DNA of 64,000 nucleotides from contig JAFCGM010000001.1 of assembly GCA_017608025.1 (NCBI GenBank), positions 3,910 through 67,909 on the forward strand, in the 5' to 3' direction. The notes below the pieces were generated by a model, which ran no database searches, was not told where the DNA came from, and was given only the letters and a program-made list of their open reading frames with translations. The position numbers and the translations under genes were made by a program. Positions 54,902-63,664 of the stretch are shown one piece after another (positions within the stretch are counted from its first letter, which is position 1; each line of letters begins with the position of its first letter). Source of the DNA: Candidatus Pacearchaeota archaeon (GTDB lineage: Archaea; Nanobdellota; Nanobdellia; UBA10117; JABICX01).

Positions 54902-54926
54902 TGTCCTTTTACTGAAGGGACCCACT

Positions 54927-55021
54927 CAGCCGCAAAATCGGCTAGGGCTAAAGCCCAAGGCGGAACTAAGTTCCTTCTGGCGCTTTCATTAGGCAGATAT
55001 TGGTTTGATGCCTGATAGCGC
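54927..55021. repeat. GC-rich multi-hairpin element (family B) between rps24e and rps27ae
   Basis: Hairpins GCCGCAAAATCGGC, GGGCTAAAGCCC, GGAACTAAGTTCC and AGGCA...TGCCT nested in GCGCT...AGCGC. Homologous to 41711-41765. Confidence 0.7.
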
Positions 55022-55032
55022 AAAAGGAATCC

Positions 55033-55497
55033 TCACTTTGATTCCTCCTTTTCATTTTTAGTTTTTGATTCTGGAGATTTTACTCCTGGTTCTTCTTTAC
55101 TTTCTTTCTGAGGCTCTTTTTCTTCTATTTTTTCCTTAGATTTAGCTTCAGCAGATTCCTCTGCTTTTTGCTCTTGAGATTCTGCAGGTTTTTCTTCAGA
55201 CTTAGATCTCTTTTCTTCTTTTTCCTGATTCCGCTTTCTTATAAATAATGGCTCTAATTTTTCAAGAGATTTCTCATTTTCATAAATATAAGCATAACCT
55301 TTTGATTCTCTTTCTCCGAAAGCAGAATTAATTTTCTTCAGAACAAGAAGATTTTCTTTTTTTGTTTTTGTTGAGGATAACAGTAATTTTCGTACATCTG
55401 CTCTTGATGGTGTTGCATCGCTATCAAGAACTTTGAATTCAATTTCCTCACGATTAAAAATCGGATTTTTCTTTTTTGAGATTATTTCCAGTTTCAT
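55033..55497 (-). CDS. rps24e: 30S ribosomal protein S24e with acidic/lysine-rich C-terminal extension
   Basis: MKLEIISKKKNPIFNREEIEFKV...GYAYIYENEKSLEKLEP. Confidence 0.85.
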   Translation of the reverse strand: MKLEIISKKKNPIFNREEIEFKVLDSDATPSRADVRKLLLSSTKTKKENLLVLKKINSAFGERESKGYAYIYENEKSLEKLEPLFIRKRNQEKEEKRSKSEEKPAESQEQKAEESAEAKSKEKIEEKEPQKESKEEPGVKSPESKTKNEKEESK

Positions 55498-55506
55498 TTT
55501 TAGCCT

Positions 55507-55689
55507 TTATATTCTTATAGCGTATTCTCCTGCTTCGCTAATATTTAACTTTTTTGCAATCAAAGACTTTTCAGCATTGATTATAATAACTTTTCCTTTC
55601 CATGCTTCTATTAATTTTGCGTCTTTACAGACTGGGCATTTGCTTCCTTTTACCAGCCTTTTGCATTTCTTGCATGCTTTTAATCCCAT
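55507..55689 (-). CDS. spt4: transcription elongation factor Spt4 (RpoE'')
   Basis: MGLKACKKCKRLVKGSKCPVCKD zinc ribbon, downstream of rpo7. ATG at 55689. Confidence 0.8.
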   Translation of the reverse strand: MGLKACKKCKRLVKGSKCPVCKDAKLIEAWKGKVIIINAEKSLIAKKLNISEAGEYAIRI

Positions 55690-55775
55690 TATTTTTATGC
55701 TAAAGGGACACACAGAGCCCTTTTAGAAAAAGTGCTCGCAGAAAAAAACCGAGCAAAGCTCGATAATGTTAATCC

Positions 55776-56351
55776 CTATTTGCTTCCTCCTGCTGCCTTA
55801 GCAGCTTTTTTCTCCTTTTCAGCCTCTTCCTGAAGCCATTCAAGCTTTCCGAGAGCAGGCTGACGCATTGTAAGACCTATTTTCGGATTTTCAGGGTCTT
55901 TTAATGAAACTGCGATTATTCTTGCACGAACTTTATCTCCCTGTTTAAGGCTCTTTTTTGAGGACTTCCCTTGCAGAGTTCCCTGCTTGCTTACAGAGAC
56001 AAAGTCATCCATTGTCTGGGAGAGATGAACCATTCCTTCAAGAGGGCCGAAGTCAATGAATGCTCCGAACTTTGCAATGTCACGGATTTCCCCTTCGACA
56101 AGTTCATTTATTTCAGGAATATAGTGCATTGCTATGAACCTTGTTTTATAGTATGCTCCGCCGTCTCCAGGAATAAGGACTCCTTCCTTAATGTCAATGA
56201 TTTTCTCAATGAAAATAATTACTCCAAGTGTTTCATTGATTTTTCCTTCGTATGTTTCCTTGAGCTGTTTGAGGATTGATTTTTTGAGGTTTTTTCCAAA
56301 AAGATGGGGATTTACTCTTACAACTCCCTCGATTTCAGACTTGTAGTACAT
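55776..56351 (-). CDS. rpo7: DNA-directed RNA polymerase subunit Rpo7 (E')
   Basis: N-terminal Rpb7-like fold plus S1 domain (GEIRDIAKFGAFIDFGPLEGMVHLSQ). Confidence 0.85.
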   Translation of the reverse strand: MYYKSEIEGVVRVNPHLFGKNLKKSILKQLKETYEGKINETLGVIIFIEKIIDIKEGVLIPGDGGAYYKTRFIAMHYIPEINELVEGEIRDIAKFGAFIDFGPLEGMVHLSQTMDDFVSVSKQGTLQGKSSKKSLKQGDKVRARIIAVSLKDPENPKIGLTMRQPALGKLEWLQEEAEKEKKAAKAAGGSK

Positions 56352-56390
56352 AAATAATAGCTAAAACTAAACTGTTTTTAAAGTTTGTGA

Positions 56391-56765
56391 TTAGTTTAAT
56401 TTTTTCTTGTTGTTTAGATAAGTGTACTTTATGTTTTCTCTTTCTAATCTGCCCTGAAGGCGCAAGTCCATTGTTAGGACAACTACATCCTTGTTTTTTG
56501 AATATTGAATTATTGCGTCGTCAGCGTATTCTGCCTGTATTTTAACAACGTCGAACTTTTTTGTTTTTAAGATTTCAAGAGCTAGTTTTGCAGCTCTTTT
56601 GTCTGAGCCCTTTCTTGCTTTTTCGCTTAAATCCATTACTTCTCTTAAAACAAGATTTGGGATTTTGACAGGAACTGAGCCGAACCTTTCTTTTATTGCT
56701 TCAAAAAGGTCGATTCTTCTTTCAGTTGCATAAATAAGTATATTTGTGTCAATTACAATTTCCAT
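56391..56765 (-). CDS. PIN-domain protein (Fcf1/Utp24-like archaeal type)
   Basis: MEIVIDTNILIYA... with an acidic catalytic pattern. Conserved position upstream of rpo7. Confidence 0.65.
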   Translation of the reverse strand: MEIVIDTNILIYATERRIDLFEAIKERFGSVPVKIPNLVLREVMDLSEKARKGSDKRAAKLALEILKTKKFDVVKIQAEYADDAIIQYSKNKDVVVLTMDLRLQGRLERENIKYTYLNNKKKLN

Positions 56766-56953
56766 TAGCTTTTTTTAAATTTATTTAATATAAATGTTTT
56801 TAAGGTTTTAAGAGCTTTTCTTTAAGTTAAAATGGAAAGAGCACTTTTAGAAAAAGTTTCATCAAAAAAATGGCTTTGGGAAAAGCGCTCGCGGAAACTT
56901 TAGAAAAAGTTTCATCAAAAAATAAGGGCTTTGAGAAAAACGATCACTGGAAA

Positions 56954-57439
56954 ATGGAAAATTTATATGACAAATCAGCAAAATTTTATGATTTGAGGTA
57001 CAGGTCAATGCAGTTTGCGAAATACAGGAACGCCCTGCCATATGTTCATCTTAAGGGAAAGATTCTGGACCATGGCTGCGGAACAGGTCTTTTGCATGAA
57101 CATCTCAAGTATTTTGACATGATTGGCGTTGACAACTCCAGAGAAATGCTTAGAATTGCTGAATCAAAAGGAGAAAAAGTCAAATTTGGAGATATTCATG
57201 ATCTTCCTTTTGAAGACGGAGAGTTTGATTTTGTTTTGTCATTCACTACTTTGCAGAATTCAGATAAACCTGAAACTGCACTAAGAGAGATTAGAAGAGT
57301 ACTGAAAAATAATGGCAGTGCAATTATATCTTTTATTCATCAATTCCAGAAAAAACTTGAGCCTTTAATCAAGCAGCAATTCAAAATAATCTACTTTTTC
57401 AGAAATGTTGAAGATGTTACTTATATTTGCAAAATTTAA
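56954..57439 (+). CDS. class I SAM-dependent methyltransferase
   Basis: ILDHGCGTGLL motif I and DFVLSFTTLQ. ATG at 56954; the track extension translates repeat modules. Confidence 0.7.
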   Translation: MENLYDKSAKFYDLRYRSMQFAKYRNALPYVHLKGKILDHGCGTGLLHEHLKYFDMIGVDNSREMLRIAESKGEKVKFGDIHDLPFEDGEFDFVLSFTTLQNSDKPETALREIRRVLKNNGSAIISFIHQFQKKLEPLIKQQFKIIYFFRNVEDVTYICKI

Positions 57440-57996
57440 TTATTAACAAACAACTTATACCGGTCTTTGCCCTCAAGTTCTTCCATAATTCTTTTTATTA
57501 TGAGCTTTTTTGGGTCTGAAATTGAGCTTACCCTCTCTTTTATATCTTCAAAAGATTTAAATGGCTCTATTTCCCGTTCTTCAAGGATTTCCATAGCATG
57601 TCTTTTTCCAATTCCAGGCAAAAGCTCGAGCTGGTGAGCTCTAAGAGATATGCTGCCAGAATTGTTGAAAAAGTCAACAAATTTTTTTGAATTTTGGTCA
57701 ATAAGATTCTCAATTACATGAGGAAGTTCTGTTTTTGCGGACTGAGTTAGCTTTTCCATACTAAGAGTTCCTTTAATGTAAGAAATTCTTTCCCTTATTC
57801 CGTCGCCAATGTAAACCGTGTCATGCTGTGATATTTTTGCTTCTTTGTTTGGAACTAATTCAAGAAGTATGAAATGATTACAACCTATTGCTTGAATTAT
57901 TGGCTCTTTTTGGTGAAACGGTCGAGAGTCGTCTGAATAGCCGTTCTTTAATACATCCAATACTATTGCATATTCTTCTTTTTCTCTTTCTTTCAT
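57436..57996 (-). CDS. DUF655-family protein (OB-like + helix-hairpin-helix)
   Basis: EEYAIVLDVL...LELLPGIGKRHAMEILEER. Conserved position after rpo4. Confidence 0.6.
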   Translation of the reverse strand: MKEREKEEYAIVLDVLKNGYSDDSRPFHQKEPIIQAIGCNHFILLELVPNKEAKISQHDTVYIGDGIRERISYIKGTLSMEKLTQSAKTELPHVIENLIDQNSKKFVDFFNNSGSISLRAHQLELLPGIGKRHAMEILEEREIEPFKSFEDIKERVSSISDPKKLIIKRIMEELEGKDRYKLFVNN

Positions 57997-58010
57997 TTTT
58001 CACCTTAGAG

Positions 58011-58337
58011 CTATTTTTCATGTTTTTTTAGTGTCTCCAGTATTTTTTTAATGTTCTCTGAACTTACTGTTGTTTTTGAACCTGAAAAAACTGATTTCAG
58101 TTCAGATTCTGTTTTAGGAGCGAGATTAATTATCTGTATGAATTGTTCATCTTCAAGTCTTGGAATCTCTAAGGAGTTTAGCTCTTCTAATATTTTAAGA
58201 GCTTTATCTTTATTAAATTTGCTGAACTTCTTCATACTATCAAAAACTTTTTGTTGCAATGGTATGTCTTTTTTTTCTATATTTTCCCCAACTTCTTGTA
58301 AAAGAAGAGGTTTTTTGTTTATTATTTTTAGCTCCAT
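58011..58337 (-). CDS. rpo4: DNA-directed RNA polymerase subunit Rpo4 (F)
   Basis: 108 aa. Position in the L21e-Rpo4-DUF655 arrangement. Weak sequence pattern. Confidence 0.55.
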   Translation of the reverse strand: MELKIINKKPLLLQEVGENIEKKDIPLQQKVFDSMKKFSKFNKDKALKILEELNSLEIPRLEDEQFIQIINLAPKTESELKSVFSGSKTTVSSENIKKILETLKKHEK

Positions 58338-58345
58338 TTTTTATC

Positions 58346-58639
58346 CTAATTTGCTTTTCTCAAATGAATTGCATTTGCTATTATGTGCTTTTTCTTGTTA
58401 AAGTCTTTTACTTCAATTACATAAGCTTTGCCTTGTTTTTTTATAACTTTTCCTACTTTGTTTTTGTATTTTGGCATAGGCATTCCTTTATGGATTGCAG
58501 GCTCCTGAATTATTTGAACTCTGTCATCTCTTTTGAATTGCTGCAAAGCCAAATTTATATTTACTTTTCCTCGATTTCGGGGGCTTTTCTTGAGTTTGTG
58601 CCTGCTTTTCTTTCGAAATCCACCTGTTCGTTGTGTCAT
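58346..58639 (-). CDS. rpl21e: 50S ribosomal protein L21e
   Basis: MTQRTGGFRKKSRHKLKKSPRNRGK...IHKGMPMPKYKNKVGKV. Confidence 0.85.
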   Translation of the reverse strand: MTQRTGGFRKKSRHKLKKSPRNRGKVNINLALQQFKRDDRVQIIQEPAIHKGMPMPKYKNKVGKVIKKQGKAYVIEVKDFNKKKHIIANAIHLRKAN

Positions 58640-58763
58640 GATGTTCTGTATTTTTTGTAGGGCTTTTTAAACATTTTGTTTTATTTTAGAAATGCTTTTA
58701 TTTTGATTTTTGAAAAATAAGCATGGAAGAGAATAACAATGAAGAACATCATTTTTGTTATGT

Positions 58764-59093
58764 TTAGTTTTTAAGTTCCACAATTTTTTTTAAAGTATAT
58801 TTTTTTAGTAAAGTTCCGCTAGAATCAATAGACATACGAATTTTTTTTATTTTATGAATTCCGTCAACAAAATAAGATGCTTCAAGGTTGAATTCTTTGT
58901 AACCTTCCTGTTTTTTGTAAATTCTGTCGCAGTCAATTGTAAAGTCTTCAATGCTTTTTAATTTTGTTTCTCCAAGAAACTTTACAAGATTTTTTTCAAT
59001 AAGAGTCATCAAGTCAAATTTTTTTGAGAAAGAAAAATAGTTTTTAATTATTTTATCTTCAAGGCCAATAGTTCCAGCATACAAAGCATACAT
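58764..59093 (-). CDS. hypothetical protein
   Basis: 109-aa ORF with an ATG start. Confidence 0.4.
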   Translation of the reverse strand: MYALYAGTIGLEDKIIKNYFSFSKKFDLMTLIEKNLVKFLGETKLKSIEDFTIDCDRIYKKQEGYKEFNLEASYFVDGIHKIKKIRMSIDSSGTLLKKYTLKKIVELKN

Positions 59094-59200
59094 GAATTTA
59101 AAACAAAATTTAAATTTATAAGTGTTTGTTCAAGAAGGTATATATTATTATTTGTTTAATTCTGCTGTTGCTTTTAAAATGCTTTAAATTCTGTATTTTT

Positions 59201-59478
59201 TTACAGGAGCTCTGTGAAAACTAGGTTTATTTTCGCAGTTAGGGCAATAAGGAACATATTCATAATTACATTTTCCAGAGCCAGAAAGAGGAAACAGGCT
59301 GTCATGAATTAGATGAGCCACTCTTGCTCCTAGGATTTTTTTACCACATTTTGTACATGAGTAAGATTTACCATCATCTATGCTTTTGTATGCAAAATCA
59401 TTTCTTCTTTTTTCTTAAAATAAGCATTGCATTTTGGGTGTTCAGCAACTTTAGGATAGTATGAAGGTCTGTTTGGAT
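59201..59478 (-). pseudogene. 5-prime-truncated, frameshifted paralogue of the zinc-ribbon gene 59754-60134
   Basis: Reads NPNRPSYYPKVAEHPKCNAYFKKKEE, then a frameshift in an A-run, then NDFAYKSIDDGKSYSCTKCGKKILGARVAHLIHD...YVPYCPNCENKPSFH. A stop codon lies upstream of NPNRP. Confidence 0.75.
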
Positions 59479-59753
59479 TTGTTTATCTTGATGAAGGTGC
59501 TAAAGAACCTTTTTAGAAAAAGCACGAGTAGAAAAACAGGTTAATCTTACTTCGCTCGAAAAAAGCATTTGAGGATGCAAACACTTTTCTAAAGGGTTGC
59601 TGTTACATTAACCCTGAAGGTTAGGCATTTGCGTTATATTCTTAAGTGAAGCAAAATTATTTATATAAAACAAACCACTCTCTAAAGCCACAAAATTTTA
59701 AAAAACTATGCAGATAAAGAATTTTACAAGTATTAAGAACTCAAAGGTAAGCT

Positions 59754-60134
59754 TTAAATCGTCGGTTCTTCTATCACAGGATCTCCGTGAAAGTTTGGTT
59801 TTTTCTCGCAAGAAGGACAATATGGAACGATTTCATAATAACATTCTCCAGAACCTGAATTAAAGAATAAACCATCATGAATCGGATGAGCAACTCTTAC
59901 TCCTTGAATGTTACCACCGCATTTTGTACATGAGAAAGATGCACCATCATCTATGCTTTTGTATGCAAAGTCATTCTTATCTTTTTTTTCAAAATAAGCA
60001 TTGCATTCTGGACACTCTGCGATTTGTGGATGATAACTTGGACGATTTGGGTTAATAGAAATAATTTTAAATTCTAAATCTTTACCACAGCACTGTATGG
60101 CTTTATTCTTTTTTTTGTCTTCTTTATTACTCAT
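59754..60134 (-). CDS. multi-zinc-ribbon protein (hypothetical)
   Basis: CPECN...CTKCGG...CPSCE cysteine pairs. 126 aa. Confidence 0.55.
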   Translation of the reverse strand: MSNKEDKKKNKAIQCCGKDLEFKIISINPNRPSYHPQIAECPECNAYFEKKDKNDFAYKSIDDGASFSCTKCGGNIQGVRVAHPIHDGLFFNSGSGECYYEIVPYCPSCEKKPNFHGDPVIEEPTI

Positions 60135-60245
60135 TGTAACTAAATGAGAGTAATTTTATTTTAAAAAAATTTGTATGTTAAATTGTATATATTACATATT
60201 ATTCCAGAAAAGTTAGGCATTTGCGTTATAATTTAATTGGTGTTT

Positions 60246-60770
60246 TTATATTGTAGCAGAGATATTTAGAAGATCAGGATTTTCTTTTAATATTCTATCA
60301 AGAGTAAAAAATGGCATTCTTGTAATTTCTTCTTTTTCAGTATAAATTTTATCTGTAATAACTTTTATTTTAAGTGGTGAATCTAAATCAGTTAAAAATG
60401 CATGAACAGTTCCGGGTTCAACTCCAAATTGTTCACCAGAATGTAAATCTTTTACTAAATAATCAACTGAGCGTTGTGCAGGTACTTTGATGTATTGGCC
60501 ATTGCCGTCAATTACTGAAATTGCTTCATACATGTCTGGGTGTACATGAAGGTCTGAATGTCGCATAAATATAATTTCTGCATATGTGCTTTCAACGTTA
60601 TCAAGTAATTTTTCATTAAATGGAAATTTTAAAAAAAGTCCATTAACAAACTTAAAACCATCTTCTATTGCATTGAGATAATGAATAATAAATTTTTCTT
60701 CTTCCCAGTTTTCTAAAAACCATTTTTTAGTAACTTTTGGTTGATTTTCAAGAATTTCTTGCATTCTCAT
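60246..60770 (-). CDS. hypothetical protein, possibly cupin-fold
   Basis: HSDLHVHPDMYEAISVIDGNG...VEPGTVHAF resembles the cupin metal motifs. Weak. Confidence 0.35.
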   Translation of the reverse strand: MRMQEILENQPKVTKKWFLENWEEEKFIIHYLNAIEDGFKFVNGLFLKFPFNEKLLDNVESTYAEIIFMRHSDLHVHPDMYEAISVIDGNGQYIKVPAQRSVDYLVKDLHSGEQFGVEPGTVHAFLTDLDSPLKIKVITDKIYTEKEEITRMPFFTLDRILKENPDLLNISATI

Positions 60771-60821
60771 TTTAAAGAGAGTAAGAAGAAATCTTATAAA
60801 ACTTTTTGTTCGCTTGTTTAT

Positions 60822-62180
60822 TTACATGCCAGGCAATTTTGGAATTCCACCCTTGCCCATCATTTTCATGAGCTTTTTCATCTGGCCGCTTCTTCCAGAC
60901 ATCATCTTCATCATTTTGTTCATTTGCTTGTACTGCTTCAAAAGCTCTTTTACATCGTTTTCATTTCTGCCAGCGCCGGCAGCAATTCTTTTTATCCTGC
61001 TTGCTTTGATTATGTCAGGGTTTTCTTTTTCCTCTGGAGTCATTGAGTCCATTAAAAACTTCCATTTGTCTATATTCTTTTCCTGGCTTTTCAACGCGTC
61101 CTTTGGAATGTTTGCTCCAGCTAATCCTGGAATTAAGTTCATTATTTGAGAAAAAGAGCCCATTTTTTTCATAGATGATATTTGCTCATAGAGGTCATTC
61201 AAGTTAAAGCCTTTGCCAGTTAGCACTTTTTTTCCTATTTTTTCAGCAGATTTTTTGTCAATTGCTTCCTCTGCTTTTTTTAACAGGGTTTCAAGGTCGC
61301 CCATGCCAAGAAGCTGGGAAACAAAGTTCTTTGGCTTGAACTCTTCGAAAGCGTCAAGCTTCTCGCCGACACCGATGAATTTCACTCTTGCTTTTGTGGC
61401 AGAACACGCAGACAATGCACCTCCTCCTTTTGCAGTTCCGTCAAGCTTTGTGATTATAACTCCATTAATGTTAACAGTTTCATGGAATTTTTTAGCTTGA
61501 GCTTCTGCTGACTGGCCAATATCTCCAGAAATTACAAGCAATCTGTTTTCAGGATTCAGGAATTTGTTTATGTCATTTATTTCAGAGATAAGCTCTTCGT
61601 TAAGGGCATCTCGTCCTGCAGTGTCTATAATTACTGCATCGTATTTTTTGAATTGCTTTTCACTTTTTTTCAGAATCTCAACTGGCTTTTTAGCAGATTC
61701 ATCTCCATAGAAGTCTACTTTCACTGCCTTTGCAAGTTTCTGAAGCTGGGCATAAGCAGCGGGACGCCAGGTGTCTGTTTGAACTAAGGCAATTTTCAAA
61801 CCTTTCTTTTTCAGATATCTTGCTAGTTTTCCTGCTGTTGTGGTTTTTCCTGCTCCGAAAAGTCCACAAAGCATTATTTTTGCTGGCTTTTTGTCAAGCT
61901 CAAGACTAGAATGTTCTTTTCCAAGGTAATTTGTCAGTTCCTCATAAACTATGTTTACGGTGTGTTCTCGGGCAGTGAGAGTTTTTACTGGCTTTTCTTT
62001 AAGTGCTCTGTCCCGGATTTTCTGAGCAATTTCCTTTGCTAGCTTTACATTTACATCTCCAGAGATCAGGGCTTTCTTGATTTCAGCTGACAAAGATATT
62101 ACTGCTTTTTTATCAATATGTTCTTTAGTGATTTTTTTCAGAGCATTCCTAAGAGAATCTCCGAGCTTGTCTAATACCAT
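60822..62180 (-). CDS. srp54: signal recognition particle protein SRP54
   Basis: GLFGAGKTTT, DTAGR, TKLDGTAKGGGALS, and a methionine-rich M domain. Confidence 0.95.
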   Translation of the reverse strand: MVLDKLGDSLRNALKKITKEHIDKKAVISLSAEIKKALISGDVNVKLAKEIAQKIRDRALKEKPVKTLTAREHTVNIVYEELTNYLGKEHSSLELDKKPAKIMLCGLFGAGKTTTAGKLARYLKKKGLKIALVQTDTWRPAAYAQLQKLAKAVKVDFYGDESAKKPVEILKKSEKQFKKYDAVIIDTAGRDALNEELISEINDINKFLNPENRLLVISGDIGQSAEAQAKKFHETVNINGVIITKLDGTAKGGGALSACSATKARVKFIGVGEKLDAFEEFKPKNFVSQLLGMGDLETLLKKAEEAIDKKSAEKIGKKVLTGKGFNLNDLYEQISSMKKMGSFSQIMNLIPGLAGANIPKDALKSQEKNIDKWKFLMDSMTPEEKENPDIIKASRIKRIAAGAGRNENDVKELLKQYKQMNKMMKMMSGRSGQMKKLMKMMGKGGIPKLPGM

Positions 62181-62221
62181 TTGTTAGTAGAATTAGTCTA
62201 AAATTAGCATTTAAAAGCTTT

Positions 62222-63103
62222 TCAGTCCAGAATTTTAGAGATTATTTCGCTTTTTTCAAAGGATTTTAGGTCAGAATAATTTTGTCCGGTTCCCAAAAAC
62301 AGAATTGGCTTTTTAGTTTCATACGCTGCTGAGATTATTGCTCCGCCTTTTTCGTCTGCATCTGCTTTTGAGACAATTATGCCGTCAATTCCTATTTTTT
62401 GATTGAAGTATTTTGCCTGTTCAGAAGCATCATTTCCAGTTAATGAATCAACCACTAGTATTTTGAGGTCAGGCCTTACAACCATGTTCAGTTTTCTTAG
62501 TTCATTCATAAGATCTTCAGAAGCGTGCTGCCTTCCTGCAGTGTCTATAAGCACAACATCAATTCCCTTTGACTCAGCATGCTTCTTGGCATCAAATGCT
62601 ACAGCAGTAGGGTCTGCTCCGTAATCTTGCTTTATTAATTTAATTCCGAGCTTTTTTGCATGTTCTTCAAGTTGCTCAATTGCTGCAGCACGAAAGGTGT
62701 CTGAAGCAGCAAGTACAACTGAATTTCCGTTTTCTTGGAATTTCTTTGCCAGCTTTGCAATGGATGTTGTTTTTCCAACACCATTAACTCCAACAAAAAG
62801 GATTATTGCCGGCTTTTTCACTTCAGGAAGCTTTAGAATTTCAATTTCCTCAACACTTAAAACATCATTTAGAATTTCCTTTAATGCAGACTTTATTTTT
62901 TCCTTACTAATTTCCTTTCCTTTTAATTTCCTTTTTAAATCATTTTTTATTTTTTCAACAATTTCATAGGAAATATTGTTCACAATTAATTCCTCTTCAA
63001 GCTCTTCAAAGATTGATGAAAGTTTTTTCTCTTCGAATTTCTTTGCTACCTGCGTTGTCTTTTCCTTGAACTTTGAAAATGCTTTTTTCAGGGAACTGAA
63101 CAT
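62222..63103 (-). CDS. ftsY: SRP receptor FtsY
   Basis: GVNGVGKTTSIAKLA, DTAGR, SKADADEKGGAIIS. Confidence 0.9.
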   Translation of the reverse strand: MFSSLKKAFSKFKEKTTQVAKKFEEKKLSSIFEELEEELIVNNISYEIVEKIKNDLKRKLKGKEISKEKIKSALKEILNDVLSVEEIEILKLPEVKKPAIILFVGVNGVGKTTSIAKLAKKFQENGNSVVLAASDTFRAAAIEQLEEHAKKLGIKLIKQDYGADPTAVAFDAKKHAESKGIDVVLIDTAGRQHASEDLMNELRKLNMVVRPDLKILVVDSLTGNDASEQAKYFNQKIGIDGIIVSKADADEKGGAIISAAYETKKPILFLGTGQNYSDLKSFEKSEIISKILD

Positions 63104-63104
63104 T

Positions 63105-63518
63105 TTACTGCATTAAATCCTGCTGTATGGACTGCATGTTTTTTCCGATTTTCTGCATGTCTGCAAGGATTTCCTCATTAATATTTTGAAGTGTTTTTAT
63201 TTGTGAAGAAATTATTTCTTCAATTTCTTTTTGCGTTCTTTTTACAAGAAGATTTTTTCCTATATTTATTAGAAACTTGTCTCTCTTTTTTGTTTGTGTT
63301 TCTGCGAAAATTCCGAGCCCGATTTCTGAGAAAGATGTTTCCCCTTCTTTTGCTTTGAAATTAAGGATTATATCTTTCATATATTCCAGCTGCTGGATTT
63401 TTCCATTAATTTGAGAATACTGGCTTTTAAGGTTTTTCGCTTGCTGCTGCATTATTTGCAACTCTAATTGCGACTCTCTTTGCTTTTGATTATTATCTTC
63501 TTTCTTTTTTTCTGCCAT
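63105..63518 (-). CDS. pfdA: prefoldin alpha subunit
   Basis: 137-aa coiled-coil/beta-hairpin/coiled-coil layout. Conserved position between aIF6 and ftsY. Confidence 0.65.
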   Translation of the reverse strand: MAEKKKEDNNQKQRESQLELQIMQQQAKNLKSQYSQINGKIQQLEYMKDIILNFKAKEGETSFSEIGLGIFAETQTKKRDKFLINIGKNLLVKRTQKEIEEIISSQIKTLQNINEEILADMQKIGKNMQSIQQDLMQ

Positions 63519-63664
63519 TTTAAACCTCTTTTATAAGAATAAACTATTTAAAAGGTATTAAAGCTTTACTAAAACAAATTATTTCAGAAAGCAAGACTTT
63601 CCTTAATTCTACTAAGTTTAATATTAGGACTTTTTCTTGAAAGAAAAAACCTTCGCTAAAAAAA

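Noticed and set aside
55033-55200. Acidic/lysine-rich C-terminal extension of S24e (and similar K/E-rich proteins 45635-46471 and 52553-53599) as functional novelties such as SMC-like proteins
   Set aside because: They are low-complexity charged sequence common in AT-rich small archaeal genomes. No ATPase or hinge motifs are present.
56391-56765. PIN-domain gene considered as a VapC toxin of a toxin-antitoxin pair
   Set aside because: There is no upstream antitoxin-sized ORF. The gene sits in the conserved archaeal position next to rpo7-spt4, consistent with the housekeeping Fcf1/Utp24-like PIN family.
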